Of a stretch of DNA of 64,000 nt, positions 26,701-39,345 are shown one piece after another. A program made the position numbers and the translations under genes. The stretch's first letter is position 1. Each line of letters opens with the position of its first letter. The DNA is from Octopus sinensis (Eukaryota): the NCBI RefSeq assembly GCF_006345805.1, contig NC_042997.1, positions 57,536,001-57,600,000 on the forward strand, written 5' to 3'. The notes under the pieces are model-generated. The model made no database searches. It saw only the letters and a list, made by a program, of their open reading frames with translations, and was not told where the DNA came from.

Positions 26701-27635
26701 AATTTGCCCTAACTCTAAGATGCTGTTCAATCACAAACTCAAATATCAACTTATCATGCAAAATGCGATTTGTTCCTTTCTTGATGTTTTTTAAAATTAT
26801 TTTTTTATCCCAATGAGTCCTAGTTATCTTAGTTGATGTACTTATTTGAACATCTCTTTATATACTTGTAAAGAAAAACAAAAATAAAAATACCATATGA
26901 ACTGGTTTAAAGAAAAGAAAATGCCCCACTCGTCAAAAACATTTTCCAAAATATCTTTGTTCTTAAAATTTTAAAGTTATACAATATATTTTAAAGACAT
27001 TATATTGAAAATAAAATAAAATTAAAATTTCCTTTCCTTCTGCAATATTTTCTGGCTCTTGAAATTAGAAGTTTATTTTTGTGAACTGTTGGAAGGCCAA
27101 CTTAATGGTCTAGATAGAGGATTCAACAACTAGCTATCAATACCACATCTTGCGCTACAAGTTTGTCATCCAGAATTGTTGAGAGACCCCCAGTAGCCAA
27201 TATTAAGGCTACTAGTGGTGTTGTTTGAAAGGTTAAGGTGTTACAAGCCAATGATGTAAAGATAGACTAGTTGACAAATTCTTTTAGCTTCCATAATTGT
27301 TACTAAGCCAAAACCATTAACAGCTGTTTCCCAATTGTATTTTCTGCTCGAGATGCTGTCATCTTGATTATTTCGGTCTAACACTTTCAGCTATACTAGG
27401 TATAATTTAAAGGACAGTTCTGTATCTGTTTATGTTATGACCTCATTACCTAAACAGCTTTCACACTTCTGCTATGTACTTTATAAATTGTGTCCATATG
27501 TGTGTGTGTGTGTGTCTAGGTGTAATAAGCTCTTTATAGATATTTCCAAAAATCTGCATGGTAACAATTCTCTACACCACCTTTTGGAGTAGTGTTTTTC
27601 TTTGTTACTTTTGTGCAGAACTATTTTTCTAAACA

Positions 27636-27995
27636 GGCTGTTTATGTGGGCTAAGAATTGCACTTTATAATCACATGCTTTTTGTTGGATTCTACTGTGT
27701 GGCACTCTGGGCAAGTGTCTTCTACAACAGCCTCTGGTTGACCAGTTAACTTTGTGAGTGGAATTTCCTAGATGGAAACTGCTTAGAAGCCCATCATGTG
27801 TGTGTGTATGTGTGTAAGAGTTCATGGTTTAAAACCAGTGTAGTTTATGTTAGATTGCTTTATGTGTCCCCTAACATAGCAGTTCAGCAAACAGAAATTA
27901 AAAATAAGTACCATACCATAAAATACTTGTGGTTGAGTGAATCCTTGAAGGCAGTGCCCCAGTATGGCCACAGTCCAATGAATGAAAGTTAAAGA
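27636..27995 (+). mobile_element. tRNA-derived SINE (family A)
   Basis: Homologous to 724-1047 (gggcaagtgtcttctac, (TG)n, atggccacagtc). Confidence 0.75.
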
Positions 27996-28639
27996 TAACT
28001 TAGCTAAACACACACACACATAGAATAATGGGTCACAGCTTTATTACTTATTGCCCAGTTTTAGTGCCAACTACAGAATTGTTCTTTTCTTTATTGTTTT
28101 GGTTAATCTTGTTGACAATTTCTTGATGGATATGATTTTGTAAAATAAAATTTTCAAGCTGTTATGTCTTTTTCTTTTTCCTTATTGAAAAAAAAGCAAC
28201 AAAAATGTTCAACTTGCTATCATGAAATACTTCCTTTCTGTTGAGGGCTCAATCAATCTTCTCTTTTCTCACAGCAATAATAGATTTGCTATCAACAAGA
28301 AATTTGTCCTTGTGTTGTCATGAAATACAAGATTTTACTAAATATTTTGATTTAAATATGACTTGTGGCTGAAAAGCTTGCTTCCCAACCTATGTGGTTT
28401 TGGGTTCACTCCCACTGTGCAGCATCTTGGGCACATCTTTTCTACTATAGGCAACTTAAATGGCTGGAGGCACATAACTTTTCTACAACTAGAGGGAGGA
28501 AAACAGCATGGTCAGTTAATTTTGTAAGCAAAAATTCCAGAACAAAATTCTACTGGCAGAACCTTGGACAAGGCAGAATTATCCTCGTTAGATTGCTTCC
28601 AGTTATGTTCATGACCTCTGCTTGTAGCATTTTCCTAGT

Positions 28640-28980
28640 TGGCAAATGGATAATTCCATGTTTTTAACATGAATTTACTCTGATGAGGACACTGACTAAA
28701 CATTTCTTTTCTGAAGGTCCCCAGGTTAAGTGAGTTTTTCAGGTTTCTTGTTCTTTTGACCTGGCAAAGCTTATGTTGTTTTCTCCTGTTCAGGTACAGG
28801 TGGGGTGCTAGGAGTCTCCATTTAATTATGTATGGTGTGCGTTTGTCTTTTAAACACCATATGTGCCTAGGGACGTGATGTTGCATCGCTCTGGTATTCT
28901 AAAGGAATGCTTGATGATGCCTGTAAAACTGACATATTCCTGTATCTGTGCCCTTGTGTTGATGGTGTTACAGTTGCATA
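28640..28980 (-). mobile_element. Penelope-like element GIY-YIG endonuclease C-terminal remnant
   Basis: HSFR...NITSL, frameshift, then RHIWCLKDKRTPYIIKWRLL...KLC...EMFSQCPHQSKFML. Resembles the PLE pattern LSKHIWxLK...IKWxIL...CxLC...SKCRHxNKFLL. Confidence 0.65.
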
Positions 28981-29029
28981 TGTGTGTGTGTATACATACA
29001 CATGCATGCCTACTAAGGGCCATAAACCA

Positions 29030-29960
29030 AATTTGTGGCTGGTGCAAAGTACCAGCCAGACCTTTGGCAATATGGTGGTGGAACAGTGAAGGAGACAATG
29101 ACATAAAAGCAAAGAAACAGGCCTGGAAGGACTAGAGGAATTGGGTAGCAGAGAAACATATTTAGCTAGAAGAAAAACATATTTAGCTGGGGAAGAAACA
29201 GAAAGGAAGAAATTTGCTAATGTTATGTGGCATGAGGTGTTCTTAATTGTGTGTCAGCGAAAATCATGATGTAGGAGAGAAGTGTGTTGGGATGGATAAT
29301 AATACACTTGCACATAGCGACTCTGAAAAGAAGATTCATGGAGGTGCCACTATGAAAGGCTGCCAATGTGGAAAATTAGGAGAGTTTTCCTAATGTGGAT
29401 CCGAAGAGCGACCAGCTACCTGAGTTGACGGCTGCATGGTAGAATAGAAAATTAAGGATATGAAGACAAGGAAAGCCCCTGGCCCATGAGGAATTACTGC
29501 TGAGTGCTTAAAATATCTGGTGGAGTTTGATACACCTTAGTCATCTGCATGATTAATTAGGTCATGTAGGAAGGGGGTCTAAAGTAGAATTAGAGAAGAA
29601 ATTTCAAGTGTGGAAGCAAGGTCTGGAATCAAAGGCCCTTAGAGTTAATTTAGCAAAGATCAAAGTACTAGTAAGCAGGAAAGCAGACAAATTACTAATC
29701 TTTTCAGGGAAATAACCCTACTTGATATGTAAGAAAGGTGTAGGTAGAAATTCTATTGAATGTACCCATATGAAGATAGTTACATAAGTGCTGATCTCTA
29801 AATGTGGAGTGAACCTGTGGAAGAGGAAGGCACAGGATGAAGTGATGAAAAACGATCCAAAGAATCCAAGTCTCCTAGAGATGATAAAGGACCAAGATGA
29901 TTGGCAATTTACTATGCTTGAAAAGACCTGTCTAGCTCAGTAAAATTGAGGCTATAAAGG
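29030..29960 (+). mobile_element. Fragmented RTE-clade LINE
   Basis: WWWNSEGDNDIKAKKQAWK, MKTRKAPGP*GITAE, WKQGLESK..RVNLAKIKVL, CKKGVGRNSIEC and C-terminal KDQDDW pieces, with frameshifts and deletions. Confidence 0.8.
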
Positions 29961-31995
29961 CATGTTCCCACCCCCACTTGTGCTCACCAGTTGCTGTCCA
30001 CATCCCCTCTATCTCCCAATCACCTGTTAGATTTCTTCCCCACATATCCACCTAAAAACCCTCTATTTCTGTTCACTCACTACATTCCTTCCTCTACACC
30101 TCCTACTCTCCTTTTGTAATCTTGCAAACTTACCCAACAACACACCTTATCCAATCCTTGGTCCCACTTCACATATATACTTCCCTTAACTTGAGTGTTC
30201 TCATCTCTTGTCTCTTTCCTACTGCTCCTATTTCATTACCTTCTGGTATCTTGAGAAGCTCTGGCATCTTGTAACCACTATCTCTATCATCTTTCCAGTT
30301 ACCCACCCTTATGATTATTTTCACCATTAATTGAAAGATACAGCTAATGTATTTCATACAATATAATTAGAAAAAAGTTAAACTGTGTCAAAAATGAGCC
30401 AATGAGGAATGATTTGTGTGCTCACTTATATCTATTAGAAATCCTTCTCAACTATACACTGCCATCTTAGAAAAGGACATAAGGGTGATTTGGGGTTTTC
30501 TGTTCATAAAAAAAAAGGATGGATAGTCATAGCCAAACTGCCTTTGATCACCAGCATAAACTGAAGCTAAACAACAACAATAACCAGGTCAAAATATTGG
30601 CCTGGAGGGAGCTGTCTCTTACTCTTGGGCAAGACTGTGCTGGAAAGGTCATTGTTGTGCTCTCCCTTTTTTGGCTTTCAACAGGAGTACATGCTTTCAC
30701 CACCTTTGTATCTGTCTGCACATTAAGGCCCCACTACAGCTGCCAGCTTCCAAGTGTGCTGGCTGTGTATGTTTGCTTACTCAACATGCCCAGCTTTCAT
30801 TTTGAGTGACAGGAAGAGTGTCCAGATGCAAAACAATGCCTCAATAGTATATTCATCACACTCATTGTAGCATGGAAAAACAGATTCAAAAGCAAACAAA
30901 GAAAGAAAGAAACACTGGCAAATGGCCACCATTTTGGAACAGGAATATCATCAATGTGACTGACTTGATTACTTGATTGCTAATTTATCAGCCTTGGAAA
31001 AAATGAAAAATAAAGTTTGTCATGGTAGGATTTGAACAACATTGCCAGGCATAACCAGTCTACTGCTATACAGGTTAATATAAGAAAGAAAGAAAAGAAG
31101 AAAAAAAAGAAAGGCATCCAAAATATAGGATTGACAATATTTAATGTAATGGTTACAGTAGTTTACTGATGATATTTCACTGACTTACAGGAATTTATTA
31201 GTTGATTATGGCTTTGTAGAATTGTTCCGTACAGTAATGTAACTTACATGTAACTATATTATGTAACTATTATGGTGTTAGTGGTGGTGAGTCCTATAAG
31301 CCATTGGGTCATGGAAGAAGCTTTTAAGAATATGTCATTCTACTCCAAACTATACTCATGAGGTAAGTTAAACTCATAAGAGGATGCTAACAAAACAGTC
31401 ACCAGTTTTATACTGCTGCCATTGCATACAACAGCAAAGTGAACCATTTCACCAAGTAATCGTGTAAACCATTTCAGCATGAAATCAAACAGCTTGGTGG
31501 ACTGGGGTGTTTGAAGGTTAGGTATCTAGGCACTGGACATAGTGCAGTGCCAGTCACAGGATATGATGTCTTCTTGTTTTGACTGAGTATGTTGGAGATT
31601 TAACATGAAAAATCTATCTTCAGCTTACAAAATGATAATGGCTTATAAATTATACATTTTATTTTCATACATAGGATCTGATGACTCAGTTTTCTTATTG
31701 ATCATCTACAATCAACAGTATTCATCAATGGGTTATTAACCCTATTGAATTCTTAGTTGGCAAAAATGAGAATAGTACCACTCATGCTTTTCCAAGAGAT
31801 ATTAGTTATGTATATGAAATGGTTTCCAGCCACAAACTGAAACCAGGTAACTTACTTACACAACTGCATGCAGTACTAAATCATATTAAGAGAAAACAGA
31901 GGTACTAAAGCTTCTATTACTGAATAAGCTTGTGCAGCAATGAACTGCTGTTTTAAACATATATTGTGCTTACATTTAGAATGCAAATGTAGTAG

Positions 31996-32484
31996 CATTG
32001 AGAATTATGTAAATAAGTCTTTATTAATGATGTATCTTGAAGCAAATTGAGCAATAAATAATAGCTTATAATACATTGAGTTAAAAAGTTTTAGAATGGA
32101 AAAAAGTCAAAAAGCTACTCGCAAGACCCAAACCATGCATCTTCTGTAACCCAGCCAGATGTGCTACCAATTACAGTAAAGCAGCTTTTTTTCCATCAAA
32201 TTAAATGCTCTAAATATTTTGAAACACTTCTTGAATGTATGTGATGAGCAGTTTTTCTGTTTCCTTTAGCATTGAGAAATATTTGATGTAAGAAGGAAGA
32301 GAGACTGCTTTAGTGTAATGGGTAGTAAGTCTGTGTTATAGAAGATGTATGTTTTGTATCCCACAGGCAGCTATCTACCAATTTTCCATCTTAGGGAGTT
32401 TTAACTCAGTGCATTATAAGCTATTATTTATAGCTAATTTCACTTCAAGACACTTCATTATACACATTATATCTGTTCTTAATG
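31996..32484. repeat. Old long inverted repeat, arms ~31996-32209 and ~32268-32484
   Basis: Example matches: aataatagcttataatacattgagttaaaa / ttttaactcagtgcattataagctattatt, catcttctgtaac / gttatagaagatg, and ttacagtaaagcag / ctgctttagtgtaa. Confidence 0.85.
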
Positions 32485-33514
32485 ATTGCATATGATGTAC
32501 ATAAAATGTGACAATTTAGACATTAACAGACAGGCTCAACATAACACTTCAGTGAATATGCTACTGTGTCAGATAATCACACATGACAGTGAAATATATG
32601 ACCTGTTAATGGATTTAATAGATTGAGAATGATAGAGGGAATTGAAAATGATGAAGATGAAACATGACACTTGGTTTAATGTTTGGAAGTTAAAATAAAA
32701 TCTAATGCAAATTACATTTCATTTTTATTACCATTATCATTTAAATATAATTGATATAACAAAAGTGTGGATGTGTGCCTCCGTGAAAGGAAACAGAAAA
32801 ACTGCTCATCACACCATCACATACATTCAAGAAGTGTTTCAAAATATACATATAACAACCAAGTGTCACTGTTCCTAAAGTGGTAGCAACCCCAGTGCAT
32901 ACCATTCCTAGAGTGGGAGCAATAAAAATTTCTAGCACACAAAGTGACAGCAGCCATATCAACAGCCTCTCTAAAAGAGGTAGCAAATATGGAGCATTCA
33001 CGGAGATGGTGTAGATGAAAAATCATCTTAGTGTTTTTTTTTTTTTGTTCTTTCCGTCATTGTTTCTAACTATTTTTCTATATGGAATATAATCATAATC
33101 CTCATCAGTTTAATGTCCATTTTACCCAGCTGGTATGGGTTGAACGAGTTGTGGAAAATGATGTAATTTGGAATGGTAAAAATATTGATTTCTTTATTCA
33201 TATTATACACTTTGCTCTTAGCCAAAAGCCAAGTATAATGAGCTCTTTGACAAAGCACAAGGCCAATCTTTTTATTTTTAATGAATGGACCCAGTGTATT
33301 ACTGAGATATATTTTACCAAAACCCTAAAAGGGATGAAAGGCAAAGTCAACCTCGGTGTGATTGGAAAACAGAAAGGCAAGACAACCAATTCAAATGCTT
33401 TGAAGCACCCAAGTTGGCTCTCTGCTATCTGTACCATCTTCATCGCTCTAAAATGACTAAAAATAGAACTAATAATAATAAATTAAATTTTCAAGCTTTT
33501 AGTTACAAATTTTA

Positions 33515-33555
<41 letters not shown>

Positions 33556-35129
33556 TATACACACACATGTATCACATACATATATATATGTATCAATGTG
33601 TGTATGTACAGAGAGAGAGAGAGAGAAATGGAAGAGAAAGAAACATTTAAAATTTATATTCTTTAATGATTCCTTAGTAAACAGCAATATCTGCTTGCTC
33701 TTTTTTTTCCTCCTCCTCAATCCCTCTTTACCACATTGCATTTCATTTCAGCTACTAAACCAGGATAAAACATGGAATGTGTTGGATAGCTTGAGGAATC
33801 TGAGGACAAGTCAAGCAGATATTTATTGCTGTTTTGAAATCAACCATATCAGTTACAGTTATACTGTAGAAATAAGTGATACTATCAGTTATACAGCAGT
33901 GTATGAAATCACAGCATTAGTGTAGAGATGATACTAATAATTGTAGTACAGTATTGTTATTTACAGCTATACTGTAAGAGTAATGCTTCATGTTCTGTAG
34001 AAGTGATACTCACAGCTTCAGAGTAGAAGACAGGCAACTGTACAGCAGAGGAAAGACTCAGGTATGTACTGTAGAAGGCTGGGTAATTATGTAGCCAGAG
34101 CAAATGTTGTCCAGATGGATCCCCTATCCTGGCATAAACTTAGACAACAATGATTTCAATGCTGAATGAATTCAAGAAGCACAGATGTTGATTAGTTTTA
34201 GTGTGTATCAGCTATACAGGATAATATTGACTGTAAATACAAAATAATTGATTCCAATAGGAACCAGTAAGGAATTTGTACTGTCTTAGGAATAAGACTT
34301 GATTGTTATAGCACAGCATTGGTAATATTTCATTAGATGAGTCAGTTAAATATACTGAACTGTGTTTCTGTGCATATATGTGTGTTCTTTTTTTTTGTGT
34401 GTGTGTGTATATAAAGGAATGTAATTTAATAGCTCAAGTCAAGATATCACTTATACTTATTTCATTACTCTTAGTAGGATCTGAACTTGGAACAGCTATA
34501 AACAGTAGATGCTATAAAGCATGTAATTTATCTCTTTCTATGCTAACTCTACCACTAAATTTTTACACTAAAATTTAAAACAATGACCGATAAATCATTT
34601 TAAATTGTAAAAGAGTAAAAAATAAAGAAAAAAGACAGTTCTTAATTGAAATGATTACACAAATTTTGTATATATATGTATATTTGCATAGTTATTTGAA
34701 ATCTTATTTGTTATTAATAAACTTTTTGCTAATTGATTCCCAACTAGACATACTGAGAGTCCATTTGGGTTATGAAACAATAACAGGTGTAAACTTTAGT
34801 TATAAAGCATAAACTAGATATAAGTTAGAAATTCTATTGGACAGCCAGGTGTATATTTTATCCTTTCAACTAGGTTATTATTAAAAAGAGTGTATAACTT
34901 GTGTAATTATTTCAAAGGTATCCTGCTTAGTTTTATTACTTATATCCTCTATCAATTGTCACCTCACTTTTGTTTTCTTTCTCTCTGTCCATCTCTCTCT
35001 CTCAATAAGTAATTAGTCGATCAGTTAAATGAAGCACTATTTTCTTCATTTAATCTGTTCATTATGACACAAAGAAAAAAATTAACAGAATGACAAGCGG
35101 TGATGATGGTTGTTAGATGGCTCTACAAA

Positions 35130-35202
35130 TTACTTTCCCCATTGAAGTTTGGAGAGGCAAATGGTAGGTTCTTCTCGTGGCTTGCCCATTATAAACCGGA
35201 AA
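35130..35202 (-). CDS. RILPL1: RILP-like candidate last coding exon B
   Basis: tttctttattatttcag|T TTC CGG...TAA in phase 2 gives IRK-FFRFIMGKPREEPTICLSKLQWGK*. Followed by a long repeat-poor UTR-like tract. Confidence 0.55.
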
Positions 35203-36076
35203 CTGAAATAATAAAGAAATATTGACATTACTAACAATAAAGATTTTAATAAAGAAAATAGAATGCAAAACAGCATTTTGCATGATTTGTTTTTTAGTTA
35301 AGTAATAAATAGAATATGTTATGTACAGTAGCCATTACATTATGCTCTTGTCAACTGTGGACTGTGAAAGAGTTAACTCATTCACAGTAAGATTTACTGT
35401 AAGAATAATTATATACAATAGATAAATGTTTAACATATAACATTGACAGAAGTTGTAGCCATAAATTGGTTCATTTATTCAGATCATATTTTGTTGTCTA
35501 ATGTTTGTATTTGATGAAATAAATCCTGTAAAATAAAAATGATTAGAATATTTACTGTAGTCAATTCAAGAAAAAAAAGAAAAAAGCATACGACTAATGA
35601 GAATAAATGTATAATAAGCAGAGAAAGAGATTGATCATATTGCATGTTAAATTTCACATGAATTAAGCAAAAGAAAAATAAAATGTTCTCAAAACCCCAG
35701 AAAAGTAAAGTAGAATATCAATAAATAATGACATACAAATCCATTATTGCAAACATGTTCTATACTTGGTTTTCTCAATGCTTGATGTATTATAATGTCT
35801 ACAACTACAATGAGGTTATTATGCAAATTTGTTGAAGACATTTCTTTAGTCTGTTACAATATTTACAGATTATTACCAGAGAAGTCAATAAACTATTATG
35901 ACAAAATCTTCATTTAGTTTTGTCATTAACATATGTTGAGTCTTAGAACCTATTGAATAAAGAGGGACAATTGAAGACTTCATCTAAATGTAGTGTATCT
36001 GGGACACAACAGTTTGGTGAAACCCATTCAGCTAAACTCCAAACTGCAAGGTGGACTGTGTTGTTTCTGAGTTTGA

Positions 36077-36165
<89 letters not shown>

Positions 36166-36178
36166 TACATACATATAT
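36077..36178. repeat. (TA)n(CA)n microsatellite
   Basis: Visible directly. Confidence 0.95.
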
Positions 36179-38149
36179 GATGATGGACTCTCTTGTCATT
36201 AGACGACGTATGAGGGTTTGACAATTTCTTACTGAACAACCACACAGATGATTTGTTTATAGTGATCGAATGTTTGTGTAGACATAAGCTCACTCCCTGC
36301 ATCAGATTGACATTACCTGTATAGGTGCAATGGGTGCCACATGTCAGATGTCGAAATGATTGCAGAGCAATGTGAAATGAAGTGCTTTATTCAAGAACAC
36401 AACGCAACACCCAGTCTGCAGTAGACCACAGCCTTAGAGCTGAAACATATAAAATGAGCTTTTGGCACAAAAAAAAAGCCTATATGAGAGTTTCACTCAT
36501 GGTATCTACCACAGTAAAGTTTGTTCTAACAGAACATCCATGTTTAAGTGGGAATAAATATTACCTCTAATATATATATATAAATTATTTGTAACAAGAT
36601 TACCAACCTCTCAGCTTGCTACTCAGTACTCTAGTGTATGAGGCTGTTAGCATGCTGTCAAGATAGACTTAACATATAACACAAGGGAATGTATGGTAAG
36701 TGTGCTGAAACTAAAACTGACACAGACTATGAAGGTAATACTTTATAAAAGTTATAAATGATGTTCTAACAGCACCGTTACTATAACATAACATCAGACA
36801 ATTACTTTGGTAATGGAATAACAAATTGAATAAATAAAATAATTAAACAATGACATTTTAACATGAATAAAAACATTTTAAAGGAACATTGATAAAAGAA
36901 AAATCCATTTATTCTGAAATAAGTTTTCAGAAGAAAAAGTACAACAACAAAAAACAAATTTATCATTCCAAAGAAGATAGTGCAAAATAACTGTGTGGGA
37001 AATATTACAATAAAGACGCACTAAGTGACAAATATGTATGTAAAACACTAGACTACTTTATATGTGATGATATCACCATGTACAAACAACCAAGTAAAGG
37101 AATAAACCAAATACAAGAGATATTGCAACATATGAGAGACTGCCAGATGACAGAGATACTGTAGTACAAAAGACGTTGCAACTAGTCAGCCATAATTATT
37201 CTTGATTTGAAAACTTAAACAAAACTAAAAAGATATGCTTGAAGTAAAGCTGTTTAATAATTCAATAATTATGATATTAACAAAGATCACTATTTTGGTT
37301 ATTATCATCAAGTTCAGTAGTTTTATAGTATTATTGTGGACTTTCATTGATGAGCAGAGTGCTGTTTCATTTGACTTGTGAAGGCACCAGAATATTTATT
37401 TAGCACTAGTAAGGTGCACTTGTTTGAGTGACAGCTGTACATCAGAAAAATTTAAATTCCGGTATGTTGGAATTGGTTGTATACAGATAGTCACCTTTTT
37501 GAAGATCTGTTTTTTTGTAAATGGGAATGCAGATGCTGAATTCATTTGATCCCAGTACAGTCCTTTACCAAGAATGTGTACTAGACTATTTTCTCTCAAC
37601 ATTGACACTGTTAGAGTTAAAAATGGGAAGTTGTGGTGCTCATGGTTTTGTGAAAATCGTTAGAAAAATAAATTAATTTGTTCTAACTAGAAATTAAAAC
37701 TGCATTGCAGACTTATCCAACTAATTTTACTAGATTATAGGCCAGAACATAAGAATAGGATGTCCAAGTAACATCATATAGATTAGCCATGATCAACACA
37801 GCAACTACTAGAATAACCCCATCAAAAGCTACCATTACTATCTCTCAATGCAATGAAACAGGATCAACTAACTTTTAACTACCTTGCTTTATTATACAGA
37901 AATATTCCTACAAATGCGTAGAGGTATTGTGAATGTATGAAATAAAACCTCACATAATACAAGTTTTAATTGGAGTTTTTACTTGAAATATTTCAAGAGG
38001 TCATAAAAATTATATATCGTATATGGAGTACAGTTACAGCTAGCCAAAATTAATGTGTATGCAGTACCTGATAACTGTTACCATTCTTGGTATATATGAA
38101 TACTTTCTCTATAATCAATAGCAAAACTATTACATGAATAATAGTAATC

Positions 38150-38878
38150 ATCATCATCGTCTAATGTCCGCTTTCCATGCTAGCATGGATGAGACAATAA
38201 TGATAATAATAATAATAATAATAATCTTTTTATAGGCATAAGGCTTGGAATTTTGGGGAGGGGGATAGTCAGTTACATCAACCCCAGTACTTGACTGCAA
38301 TCCTGAAAGGCGAAGTTGACCTTGGCGGAATTTGAACTTGGAACATAAAGATGGATGAAATGCCGCAAAGCATTTTGCCTGGTGTGCTAATGATTCTACC
38401 AGCTTGCTACCCAAGAGAACCACATCTCAAAGACATCCAAAAGATTGTGTTGACAAGTATTGCCCACATCCTCAGAAAAAACCCTATCATTTTAAATGTT
38501 TATGCTGTATCATATGAATGCCCTCCCCAAGCTTTCAGTTATATTTCAACATCACTTAACCTTCACATGACCTAGGGCATGTGGTGTGTCCTGGCAAGTG
38601 ATTGCATCAAACATGTAGAGGAAAAGAAAAATAATAATAATAATGATGATGGTGATGATGATGATTTCAAATTTTGGCACCAGGCCAGCAACTTCAAGGG
38701 AGGGAATAAGTCGATAACATTGACCCCCGCACTTAACTGGTACTAATTTTATCAACCCCAAAAGGATGAAAGGCAAAGTTAACCTCAGTGGAATTTGAAC
38801 TCAGAATGTAAAGAAGGATGAAACATTGCTAAGTATTTTGCCTGGCATGCTAAGTATTTTGCCTGCCAGCACGCCACC

Positions 38879-38913
<35 letters not shown>

Positions 38914-39345
38914 CCTTTTTACTAAAGGCACAAGGTCTAAAATTTTGGGTGAGGGAAGACTAGTCAATTACATTGACCCCAATGTTTCACTGGTACTTAA
39001 TTTATTGATCACGAAAGGATGAAAGTAAAAGTCAACCTCGGTGGAATTTGAACTTGTGATGTAAAGACAAATGAAGTGCCACTAAGCATTTTGCCCAACA
39101 TGCTGACAGTTCTGTTGGCTCACTGCCTTAATAATTGTAATAATAATAACAGCAACCTTCTATATTAAGGTACTAAGTGTTACCAATATCTTAGAAGTGA
39201 TTAAACTAACCCAGTACTTTAATGACTCTGAAGGTATAAAAAGCAAAGTTGATGTTGGTAGGATTTGAACTGACAATGTAAAGCACCAGAAGAAATACCA
39301 CAAAGAATTTTGTCTGACATTTTAATGATTTTGCTAATCTACCAA
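38150..39345 (-). mobile_element. Cluster of four same-orientation SINE (family B) copies separated by (TAA)n/(TGA)n tracts
   Basis: Repeated ...gaaaggcaaagt.aacct.gg.ggaatttgaact... modules at ~38225, 38665, 38915 and 39160. Further copies at 39972, 41045, 53320 and 55185. Confidence 0.8.

Noticed and set aside
28560-28710. Hammerhead-ribozyme-like words near the Penelope remnant (CTGATGAG on +, CTAACGAGGATA...TGTCC on -)
   Set aside because: Neither has the required GAAA core or stems I and III. The + strand hit is the antisense of coding codons.
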